Source: Tubiluchus corallicola (lineage: Eukaryota > Animalia > Priapulida). From it: DNA of 64,000 nt. Position 1 is the stretch's first letter. Each line of letters starts with the position of its first letter. Location of the stretch: NCBI GenBank assembly GCA_030141605.1, contig JAQGDQ010000120.1:310001-374000 (forward strand), written 5' to 3'. This document shows, one piece after another, positions 44,953 through 57,000 of the stretch. A program made the position numbers and the translations under genes. The notes below the pieces were generated by a model, which was given only the letters and a program-made list of their open reading frames with translations, did no database searches and was not told the DNA's origin.

Positions 44953-47594
44953 TTATCCTTTTCTCCAGTTCCGTTTTCGTCCATTCTTACTGCCCTTTTT
45001 AGAGAATTTCTTTGATATTTTATAGCCAGTAAAACTGCTCTTTTTGTTGTTACCCGCAATTCTTTTCCATCCTTGCTTACTGCCTTTCTTGGACGATTTC
45101 TTTGATGCCATTTTGGGACTCTTGGTGCTCTTTCCTTTATTCTTTTCTTTTCTTTTATTGCCTCTTGTATTTTTCCTTCGTCCTTTCTTACTACCTTTTT
45201 TGGAAGATTTCTTTGATGCTCTTCTATTACCCCAATGCAGCAATCTCTTTCTGTTGCCTTTGCGCGGAGAAGCTGAAACAATATCGCTTCCGGTAACAGG
45301 AGTCCGAGCGGGTGTTGGTTCTGTTCCTGCGCTTATGGGTGCAGCTACTGCAGCAGCCGGAGCAGCCTTAGTAGTAGCCACAGTCGTTATAGCTGTTGGG
45401 ATAGTTGTTGTAGTAGTTGGTACAATTGCTGTAGTAATTGTCTCAGCTGCTGTAGTCGTTGGTGCAGCTGTTGTAGTAGACAATGCAGGTGTTGTAGTAG
45501 TTGGTGCAGCCGTTGTTGTAGATGGTGCAGGTGTTGTAGTAATTGGTGCAGCCATTGTAGTAGATGGTACAGATGATGTAGTAGTTAGTGCAGCCATTGT
45601 AGTAGATGGTGCAGGTGTTGTAGTAGTTGGTACAGCCATTGTAGTAGATGGTGCAGGTGTTGCAGTAGATGCTGCAGTTGTAGTAGTTGGTACAGCCAAT
45701 GTAGTAGATGGTGAAGGTGTTGTAGTAGTTAGTGCAGCCGTTGTTGTAGATGGTGCAGGTGTTGTAGTAGTTGGTGCAGCCATTGTAGTAGATGGTGCAG
45801 ATGTTGCAGTAGATGCGGCAGTTGTAGTAGTTGGTACAGCCAATGTAGTAGATGGTGAAGGTGTTGTAGTAGTTGGTGCAGCTGTTATAATAGATGGTGA
45901 TGGGGTTGTTATAATTTGTGTAGCTGTTGTAATAAATGGTGCAGGTGTTGTACTAGTTGGTGCAGCCATTATAGTAGATGTTGTAGGTGTTGTAGCAGTT
46001 GGTGCAGCCATTGTAGTAGAAGGTGCAGGTGTTGTAGCAGTTGGTGCAGTCGTTGTAGTAGATGGTGAAGGTGTTGTAGTAGTTGGTGAAGGTGTTATAG
46101 TAGTTGGTGCAGCTGTACTTGTAACTGGCGCTGTCGTTGTAGTAGCTAGTGCAACCGTTGTGATTTTTGGCGTTATTTGGAGCGCCTGCAGCATTCCCTC
46201 AACGTTTCCAGGTCTCATTCTTATATAGTGCGGCTTAGTAAACGTTTGTCGCCTTTCACGAGGAACTTCTTGTAAGTTCTGGAACACAAGAACACATTTT
46301 TCTTAAAGCAAGTAAGGTTTCTGTTGGTAATGAAGTTGCCGAACGTGGAACGCAAACTGTCAGAGACACTCAGAGTTTAGGACTAATGAACAATGGACCT
46401 CGAAGCACCTATAAAAATGTTGTAGCGAAAGAGACTTAACCTATACAGGGTATATAATATACAGATTAATTTATATTTGAATACGATGTACAACCATCTC
46501 ACATTTTTTGAAACGATCTGAGCGATGAACCGTCATTAGCCAGAGACCTAATAAAGAAATGTGAGAGTAACCAAAACCAGATGAAACACACGTACGTGTT
46601 GTTAGAATAACATGGGAAGGAGGACACGTGCTTCAACATGTTTGTGTTTAAAAAACATTCTTTTAAAAAAGCAGTGTTTCTGTTAAAACATTTAGCTATA
46701 TTAAAAAATGTAAGCTATTTACTTCCATATACACGATGAAACGTGCGGCATAAATTTCCAATAGAAATAATATGGCTCGACCAAAGTCATTTTTTGATTT
46801 CTTTTAGTAGCGTTAAAATAAATTAAAAATTCTCTTAAATTAGATTGGATTAGGATTGGATTGGATTAAATTAGGTTCGGTTAGGATTGGTTTAGTTAGA
46901 TTAGATTAGATTGGATTGGAGATTAGATTAGATTGGATTGGATTGGATTGGATTGGATTGGATTGGGTTGGGTTGGATTGGATTGGATTGGATTGGATTA
47001 GATTAGATTAGATTAGATTAGATTAGATTAGATTAGATTAGATTAGATTAGATTAGATTAGATTAGATTAGATTAGATTAGATTAGATTAGATTAGATTA
47101 GATTAGATTAGATTAGATTAGATTAGATTAGATTAGATTAGATTAGATTAGATTAGATTAGATTAGATTAGATTAGATTAGATTAGATTAGATTAGATTA
47201 GATTAGATTAGATTAGATTAGATTAGATTAGATTAGATTAGATTAGATTAGATTAGATTAGATTAGATTAGATTAGATTAGACTAGACTAGACTAGACTA
47301 GACTAGACTAGACTAGACTAGACTAGACTAGACTAGACTAGACTAGACTAGACTAGACTAGACTAGACTAGACTAGACTAGACTAGACTAGACTAGACTA
47401 GACTAGTAAAGTGGCAAAATAATTGCAACCACTCCCATACTTTTGTTAGTACAGCCACCCCTTCACTAAAATTAATTTTTTCTCACCTTGGAAGCTTCCT
47501 GGACGATTTCATTTCTTTCCGTGACACAGCAACGCCAGGATGTTACAGAAAAACAGCATATCAATATTAAAAACTTTGCTTTGAATCCAATCAT
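44953..47594 (-). CDS. Secreted mucin-like Thr/Pro/Ala-rich protein with Lys/Arg/Gly/Ser-rich basic C-terminus (~477 aa in the simplest model)
   Basis: Long ORF 46287-44953 with 14-aa APTTTTPAPSTTxA repeats, then a basic tail. Upstream exon 47594-47487 (MIGFKAKFLILICCFSVTSWRCC..., signal-peptide-like, GTGAG donor, phase 0) joins in frame to the acceptor tgtgttccag| at 46278. The 5' structure is uncertain (see findings). Confidence 0.7.
46839..47406. repeat. Pentanucleotide array (GATTG)n-(GATTA)n-(GACTA)n
   Basis: Directly visible; in intron 1 of the mucin-like gene. Confidence 0.98.
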
Positions 47595-48039
47595 GCTTGA
47601 AAAAATATAAATTTCTCTATGAACACAAAATGTTATCAAAGAATTTAATCACACAACACGTGTGACTAAAGAGCTCTGCATGCGGTAACTACACTACACT
47701 GAAGTTTTACAAGCCATAATGCTTGATAAATATTAAATTTATCCGTGTTTAATATTCTTGACAAGCTGTTACATGTGACACATGCGTTTGCTCTCAGAAT
47801 CACGGTCGTCTCCTTTAGTGATTTGTATAGAAAATGTTGTATGGATAAAAGATTTGGTAAAGACTGGTAGGATAGCGTCTACTCACCAAATTACCAAAAT
47901 CATGCAAAAACAGCTTCCCTAATAGGCAGAAGATGTATACATAAATCCGTACATCGCTGAAACACCTTTGTTGCTTCCAAATCACTTTTATTAACATTAA
48001 AAATCGGTCCTGTCATGCATGGTAACTGTAGATCAAGTT

Positions 48040-48560
48040 CGACGCGAAATGCTGGTCGAGGCTGTCGATAAACTTAAAGTCGTGGATCAGAAGATGACGT
48101 CAATGCCGCTATCTTGAGTTCGATATTGAAAACAGAAAGATCCGACTCGTCAGTAAGTGCGGAATTCGTTCTGGTATGTTTCTGTAAAATTGCATGGCGG
48201 TGGGTTGCGAATTGGAGTTTTAGGCTTTTTTGGAAAACGACGCTGCCATCTTGTATTCAAAGTAGTAGATCTAAAATCTAACTCTGACAATGGATGCAGG
48301 ATTCATTCTGCTACATATATTCAAATTTCGTGACAATCCATTACAAATTTGCGGTGCCTTACGCTTTTTTAAAATATTGTTATCTTTCGTCAGATTGAAT
48401 TCAAGATTAAATTACAGCTTGAATTAAAAATTCAACTCTGTCATGCAATTCGGTACCCGTTCCAGTAGAGTATATTCCTACAAAGTTTCATAACGATCTG
48501 TTATGAATTGGCGGAGCCAATTTTTTCGAAAATAATATTGTCGTGTTGAATTCAAAACGG
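48040..48560 (-). repeat. Second array of the same ~143-bp repeat family, in opposite orientation
   Basis: GCCATCTTG(A/T)ATTCAA..GATC(C/T)..ACTC, GTTCT, AAGTTTCAT and GAATTGGCGGAGCC motifs are the reverse complements of the 37.3-38.1 kb unit. Confidence 0.65.
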
Positions 48561-48864
48561 TGCTGTACTTTTGAATAAACTTGATTTTTTTTCAAGCTAA
48601 CCTGCTATGCGGCGTCATTTAATTCTGTGCGATGTTTTTTCTCAATACATCGATTGTCTCTTGATTGATTACGATGATCTAACGCGTGAGATCTCGTCAC
48701 CGAAAATTTCGCTTTCAATATACTCATTCAGGCACATATATTATTACTATAATAAGAAAATATGTAGAAGGAGTGTGGTTTCAACATTATAACAGAGTGA
48801 GTGCGGCTTGTTGAGCTAGGATATAAATAGTTTGCAATAAAGACAACAGAAAATAGTAAAAAAA

Positions 48865-51800
48865 TTAGACTGAATTGTTTGATTTATTGTAATCAGTCTG
48901 CTTTTGTTCTGTAAAGTGTTCCTCTTTAATTTTGTGCGGTTTTTCGGAATCATCATATCCAAGATTGGTTTCCTCGACACTCGTTATGGTAAAATTCATC
49001 AGTTTGACCGGCTTCACTTTTTCCAGTGGGAGGTCAGTTTGATCCAGTGGTGTTAAACGCACTTCGTCAAGTTTCTGTTTCCTGTAGGCCCAGAAAATCA
49101 ACTTTGGATCCAAATCGCTCGTTTTAGTGTAACCTACGGAAAAAAATGAAAATTATGCAAATGAAATAAGTAAATGTTCCTTATTTGAAATAATCCTAAT
49201 TTAATCCTTAAATTATCAATAAATTTCAATAAATTATTATAATAATTCGTAAATATTATCAATAATATTTTCGGACTAATAAGCTTTTGAAATACTTGGT
49301 CTATACCGAAGCCGAAAATTCTCTTACTCACATACAGATGGCATAGAAGACATACCGAAGATTCATTGCTTTGAACTTTCAATTGAGCAGGCTAGTTTCG
49401 CAAAGCATTTCAGCGATATAATAAGCATGTAATTATGGAAAACGGTGTTAACCACTATTGCTGGCGTATCAACACGCAGTTTGAAAGAAACGGTAATAGT
49501 ACATTAAATGGATAACATAATTACCAATAGCCAGTATTGTTTAAGATTATCAATATTTCTTTCAGTATATGTTCTGTATTCTTGTTCATGATATGTACAT
49601 GTGTTTTTTGTATAATACGTATTTTTGTAATAAAAATCTAGATATCAAAAGGTCCGTAAAAGCATTTTTATCACTTTTTCAGATTTTTAAATTTCTGTTG
49701 TTTATTAGATCCGCTGTTTCTTAGATAAGATCCGCTGAACTTGGATAAGACGACTGATAAACTAATCGAAACGTACCAAAATAAAGTGCTGTGTAACCTA
49801 AATTATTATAACATCGTCAAGTCTGTCATTTTTAATTAGACTTCAGACATATTGACAAACTGCTAACTATTTGTTATTGTAATAACACCCACAGTTGATA
49901 GTGTGGCGCAACTTTAAATTGGTTACCAGACCAGGGTTTTGGTATAGGCTGGTAAAAGGTTTTAATTTCCTGGCAAATCCTAAAATGTGACGGATACTCT
50001 ATCCTAAAATGTGGCAGATTCTCTATTCTAAAATGTGGCGGTTAGGTCTACTCTATTCTAAAACGTGGCAGATACTTTATTCTAAAACGCTGCTGCTGCT
50101 AACTGACTGATCAATAGTGATTACAATCTATGCAATTATAATGATGCAATAACTTCTGATGATGACCTATATAATTTTTATTATCAAACGCCTACTGTGT
50201 GGCAAGCAGTTTGCAAGGATTACATAAAAGGCTTCAGTATAATCATGTACCTGTAAGGAAGCTAACAGGAACACCTACAAGTATCGTCACGATAACACCC
50301 ACAGCTGTATAATACATATAGGAGATCGAATAAAAGTACTTGACCATTCCAGACCTAAAACAAAGAAGTAAGCTCTTTATTATTAACACACGCACGTGAA
50401 AAGTGGTGTCTCTTTTCCGTCTTACAATATAAAAAGAGAACAGCAGCTTTTATTGCATCGTTTATAACCAGGTTAGTACAAGGGGTAGTGTGTACGATTA
50501 GGCATTTAGAATATTTCAGACGTGGTGATATAAAGTAAAAATTTATCATATTAAAACAGTTTTTAATCAATAAGCACGATTTCGGTATTTCTTTGCGACA
50601 CTTCTATGGATCACTATAGAGGAAATTCTTTTTCTGTCTTTTATTTATTTCCTTGTTCTTCTTAATTCTATTTCACATCGCCTCTGAACTAAATTCATTT
50701 TAACTAAAAATTCACAAAAACTTCTTAGAAAAATATAGTGCACACAAACAAAAATTTCACTTGAGCTCTTATTTACGGATCAGGTAATTCTGTTGTCGTC
50801 GTCGTCGCTACTGTTGTTAAAGTGAGATTGATATCATAGCAACCATCAGTTGACGTAGGTAGATAAGGAGGAACTATAAAATCGCTGTTAAGTGTAGCTC
50901 CTCCGCCAATCCATAAACTGATTACTAAGGCTACCGTGGGTCCAGCTAGTGCACCCTATAAAATAAAATGCATTACACACACGTCACCTCATGTTGTATC
51001 GCGTTGCAACCTTTCAAGTCGTGACATACTACCTTAAGGTACGTTTCGCTGTATAACCAGATGTCCACAATGTCTGTCCTTTCACGCTAAATACGACTTT
51101 TTACAAAAATCCATTATAACAAATTACAAGTACATGATCTGTACGAATAACAGATATATAGAAGTGTTAGTAAGCAGAATTACAATGAGTTAATCGTATT
51201 GTATTAACATATAAACACCAGCAGTTCAGTACTTTCTACATTTTGTTACTGCTAACACCAAGTTTCTAGTTTTGAAGTTTGTTCGTGTAAATATTTACCT
51301 TCCAGTTTGACCAAGGGAAAAATATTGCAAGAGTAAAAACTCCTAATAGAGGACCTCCCACTGTTCCATTCACTAGCATAGAGACCTACAGAATCAAAAT
51401 CATATTCGCATTGAGCTTATTTCATTTTTGTCTCTGTAGCTCAAAATGGGCAAGTCTTTAAGCCTTCCCATTTCGCTTTAGAAATTGCAATAATGCTGCA
51501 CCGAGCTGTCCATAGTCATTTAAGAGAATGTTCTTAGAACGTTAGAATTCAGGGTCAATTAAACCAACAAATTGAACGCTCAGCCTTTCTGTAGCACTAG
51601 AGAACTTCAACGTTTTTCATTTTTAATGTGCAGCATTCGGCTCATATGAGACAAATTATGTGATAAACAGTCATCTAACCGAAAGCTTTGATCGGTGGAC
51701 CGAACAATGATTAGTTCTTTATTCACTTGTTCATGTTTAAATAATTGCACAACATGCCTAAAATAAACAATGATAATGACCTGATTATCATTTATCATAG

Positions 51801-53963
51801 TTGATTTGACATCGATACACATGCAGACGGAACTGTGGATGCAAATATAAGCAAAGCCAAACATAAATAACGAAGGTAATTAACACACATGATGACGTAG
51901 ACAATATTACCTGCACAACACCCTCAGCGCCAGCTATCAAAAATGCCACAGCGACGCTGAGAATCCCATAGACTACTGCCAGCAGTTTCGTAATCTTGGT
52001 TTGTGTCTTCTCTTCCAAATACCCAAACTTTGGCTTCAGGGCGTCTTCCCACGTAACAGCCGAAAGAGAGTTTAGGCCAGAAGAAACAGTGCTCAAAGTA
52101 AAAAAATATGACAAGATGGTGAGAAAAATTTCAAGTTATCGCTTTTTAGTAAATTGTTCGATGGTTAGTGCCACAGTACTGCCTATTGATAATTTAAAGT
52201 TAGCAGACCTTTTGGTTACAAAGAATGTAGCATTCAATCACAATTATGAGTCTATATCTGTCTATCTGCCTGCCTGTCCATCTGGCTGATGTTAGTGACA
52301 GAAAGTCACTTAAATATGCAACGCATCACTGATTTCTATTACCATTTATTCGACTTAGTTCTTCCGTGTGGCATATTTGGTCTATTTTAAGCGACTGCAC
52401 TGCTGGCAGATACATAATAATACTTAAACCAAATTTGACGTAAAGAAATATTAAACACCTTAAAGGTCACAGGAAAAGCTTTTTGTGTCAAAGTTGTAAC
52501 GACAAATTACGGTGATTAACAACTAAAGAGCCCCAAACGTGAAACATTGTTAAACAGACATTGTTGCGAATACTACCGTTTACTGTTATTTACTTTTGCT
52601 TACCGCTTTGAAACCACGTTTAGTGTCTCAGTGGATTAATTTCACAACTGTAGTTGAGAACATTCATGTGTTAAGATGCATCTCACGTAGACAATTATTG
52701 AAGTCGGTTGCCTCACTATAATTGTCTAGACAACTTATTTAGTCCGCTTAGGCACGTCTACACTTAAATTTTATTAGTTCCCAAAATTACGCGTTCACTT
52801 TGTAGTTTTCAGCTTAGACGTTGTAGGCGATGCTCTATAAGACAGCTGGAATACGCATTGTATAATTAACAGCCTATTCTTTGCTTACGTTCATATTTCA
52901 AACCCACCATGTTTTTTTCTTGTTGCAAAAGATTTAATGACTTGGTGTCTTAGTCGGTCACTACATTGTTTACAATCATGGCTCCATAATTTTAACTGTG
53001 TTAACCTGATTCGCATATTTTCAGAGAACAGTTTAAGTAATATATCTGCACACAATTTCAAAAAGCTTCATAGAATAGGCTATTTGTGTTGAAACCCACT
53101 GATAAACAAAAATTACCTGAGTGTGCCACTGCACAGAGAAGCCAGAAAAACTCCAGGTACGCCAGGCCAACTGAGTACTTCCATTACAAAATATGGCAGG
53201 AGCTTCAAAGTGTTTAAAAGAATAAAGTCACATTATTCTAATATAAATGTTCATCAAACATCGGTTGTCGATTTTCAGTCTTTTAGAATTCATTTTTGAA
53301 AGAAGAAAAACTGTCGTACTTACGGAAATTTTTTGAAAAAAATTTCGTATATGCATCAAGATATTTTGACCAATGTCCTTAATTTTAAAAATTTAGATAG
53401 CAACAGAGTGCGTCATCTCCCTTGCCGCTTGGAGCACGTTTCACAAAATTATAGTAAAGCGTTTGGAAATTTGTTTTTATTTGAATTAAAGTAGAAAACG
53501 GTCGATCTTCATGTAAATTAAATTATAGAATATCCGATTTTAAATATTTTTGGTTAATTTTATTGTTTATCAATTATTAATCGTAAGTCGATTGGCTGTT
53601 TCTTTTACAACATAAACTCAGTTTATCATTCACTGTCGAAAGGCAAAAGAATTGCGAAAATCCCCGAAAATTAGTGGCAAAAGTTATTTACAAATAACAG
53701 CGTTCCTCAGCTACCTGCAGGAGCTGTATAGGGAGTTGACATTTCTCGTCGTCCTTTGGTGAATGTTGTATACGGTAACAGATTTTGTGGCATTTAGTAC
53801 ACAGTGATTGTCAGTATTTTTTCAAAAATAAATGGTCAATTACTGATCATTGACGGATTGGATTGTTTTACACTGACCATCGAAAGACGTTAATCTGTAA
53901 CCTAAAACAAAACTCTTGTTTGCGGCGGAGAGAGAGCGAAGACAGAGAAAGAGGGAGAGAGAA

Positions 53964-54021
<58 letters not shown>

Positions 54022-57000
54022 GAGAGATTCAATTAGAGAGACATGACGTAGTCTGCAGCGATCAATATGTTTGGGAAAATTTCTAAAATTTTGTGATGCA
54101 TACCCCCAACTTTTAGTAGGTGCATTCAGTGAGTTATTTCACAGAATGTGAAGTTCTTATATGAAGGTATATTCCTGCTCTGAAATACATATTCCGAAAA
54201 CTATTTTTGCTTTGTACTTATTTCTACATAGCTATTTTAACCTCTAGCTTTCCTCAGTACCCAAATTACCAAAGCATAAAACAATAATTATTTACAAGTT
54301 ACTCGTTCATAAACTGTATCCATGAATATTTAATATAGCGCTAGTATAAACTAATAGTTTTTGGCCAAAAAATCTTTTTATACCACATTTTTATTGTTTC
54401 TGTAAATAACTTATTGCTGTTCTAGATACTGGTATTTACTGGATACCGCAATATTTGTTCAGGAATAAATAAACAACAAAATACTACCGTGAATATGCGT
54501 TTAACACCTTCTCCTTTATGTAATGAACCGTTAGGTTAATTGTCGAAAGCATGATATCTGTTCTTGTATGTGTTTTGGGGGAGTTGTTATAGGAATATAA
54601 CTCCAATTATTCATAATTTGGAAAGCTGTTGCGTTTACAAAATATTTAATATCAAATTTGCCGAATCTGCCATAATCATTATCATTGCTAATCATTATTA
54701 TCATCATCATAATCTCTATCGTCATAGTCATCATCGTCAGTATCGTCATTATCATCATCATTAGCATCATCATAGATACGCCTGAAAAACATTTCTTGAT
54801 TACACAAGATATATGTTGAATTACCTGATCTTTTGCATCTACATAGCCCGCAGCTAGTGGATCACAGTCAATATAAAAAGCGTACATTGCGAGACCACAG
54901 AGGCCGCACAAGATGAGAACCGTCGGCAACCCAACTGCGTTGATATAAATAGCTCTGCAAATACATGAAATCATCTTTATAAGATTACTACTTGAGACAT
55001 CTACTTTACGTTCAATAAAAAAACACAGTCCACTTTACTTTTCAATGTAGTTTATGCCTTGACGTCAGACAAAAAATCTGATTGCGTCTTTTAAGGTTTG
55101 TTTTCTACGGGCTATTTAGCCAACTACTCATTCGAAAAGGTTATGTCTTCATTTCTGAAAAGATTGAATTTTTAAATGCGCATTTACCGCTGGGCATTTT
55201 TGAGAGTTGGCATACTGCAGTAACGTTGCACCAGGACCTGGTTGACTCCATAAAATGACAACCAATAGATGCAGTAACCAATAGACATATTCCAGAATGA
55301 TTGGTAAACCGTTGGATCAGGACTGAATCTGAAAGTAAAGAAGTTTGATCCAAATCACTGTAAGAAGATGACTTCACGCTAACTATTTTAACAATGTAGA
55401 GATTTTACGTGTGTGTCTAGGTGTTTTGTGTTTATTGGTTAACAATTATGTTTATTGCATGTAGTATAGTTATGAATATGTGTTGCAGGTCTAATTCTTT
55501 TTTTGTTCATCCGTTTAACTAAAACTCTTGTCTTCCTTTTACTTGATTCAGTAAAGTATTTAGTAGATACTGTGTTTGAAAATGTCTTTTAATGGTCTTT
55601 TTGTACATTTTAAGCTACAATTCAATAAGAAAAATCTGCTTTGACAATTGAGCCATCGGGATAATCATGTTAGCCATTCTTTAACCCTTTGTTGTTACAC
55701 ACATAAAGTTCTGATATGACGACACAGAATTCCTGGCAAAGCACCGCTAATGGCAAAAGAGTACTTTCACCAAATTAGAGTTGGCCATAAAACAAATCAA
55801 CGCCATTTCTTGAACTAGAATCGTGTAATATTCGAACGTCAGAGAAGACAAGCAAACATAGGCAGTAGCAGCAGCTTCACCTTTTGTAGTTTATATCGAT
55901 GTTGCGTATTTCTCGCCTTTTTATGTGTTCTCCAACTAATGCCAGAAAAGCGTCGTTTTTTACTAAAAATATAACACTAATGAATTTGACATTCGTGCAT
56001 ACACACGTGCAATCATACTCACCTGACATAACACACTCCTCTTCCCCTGATCACTGGCTCAGTTTATTTCAGTTTATCACAGGGAGCATTCGCAAACACA
56101 CAAATAATTATAAAACTACACTTACATACTCACATATTGGCAGCCACATAGGCGGGCCTAACCTAAAGATACTTAAGCATCGTTAAATTTCTTACAAACA
56201 AAATAGTTTCCAGGACTTTCAGAGTTTTATTTTTTTTATTTGTAGCATTTATGCATATATGACACCATCTGTTCACACATACTGTAAATCTCTTCATCTA
56301 GTACCATTTAAATAAGTTAATAAAATGAAACGTACTATGCTTACATAAATCCGCTCAAACGTCCTCCTTCCTTGCTGATTTGCCAAACTTTGCTAAATCC
56401 TCCGGCTTTTGATGCGCCCTGAAAAAGCTCAAACTACAGCAATTACATTATAATTTTCTTATAACTAAAAAAACTATATGTCATAAACCATGTTGTCATC
56501 CCTGTTTATAATGTTATCCGTAGACTATGTCCTAAACGAAATTATTATTATAAACCAAGAAATTGGGATCATATAAAAAATTAGTTGGTGATCACCCTGC
56601 ACGCGTTAATCGAAATAAATCAGCATGAGTTTTGTGTGAGCCTTCCTTTTACTAAAAGTCTTTTCTTGTTGAATTTTAGGTGGTTATTTATTGTAGGATA
56701 TATATAATGCTAAGGATGTTAGCTAGAAGCGGGAAAAGATGTATTTACTTGTTTTTTTGTTTTTTTGCTTTTTATTCAGTCATTCGTTTATTTCTTTGTA
56801 CGTGACTGCATGCGTTCATTCATTTGTTTGCCTTTGTCTTATGTATTTGTTTGTTTGTTTAAATTTTATTCGCTGCGTCAATCTATAGCGTTTATTACTT
56901 GGTTAAGTGGCTAAATTGTACATTCGCCCCATTCTTCATTCGTTCATCTGTTCATGTGTCCGTCCGGGCAGAAGTTCGTTCTTTCGTGAATAATAAAAGC

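Noticed and set aside
45044-46228. 394-aa Val/Gly/Ala-rich + strand ORF as an overlapping membrane-protein gene
   Set aside because: Antisense shadow of the Thr/Pro/Ala codons of the mucin; no ATG start or independent motif.
46360-46362. In-frame TGA upstream of the mucin ORF as selenocysteine
   Set aside because: A second in-frame stop (TAA) follows, and I could not identify a SECIS element.
46997-47280. (TTAGA)n as an interstitial telomere
   Set aside because: The unit is neither TTAGG nor TTAGGG, and it grades into other pentamers like an ordinary microsatellite.
48865-48880. PDZ-binding motif at paralogue B C-terminus (NNSV)
   Set aside because: The -2 residue is Asn, so it does not fit the class I S/T-x-hydrophobic pattern.
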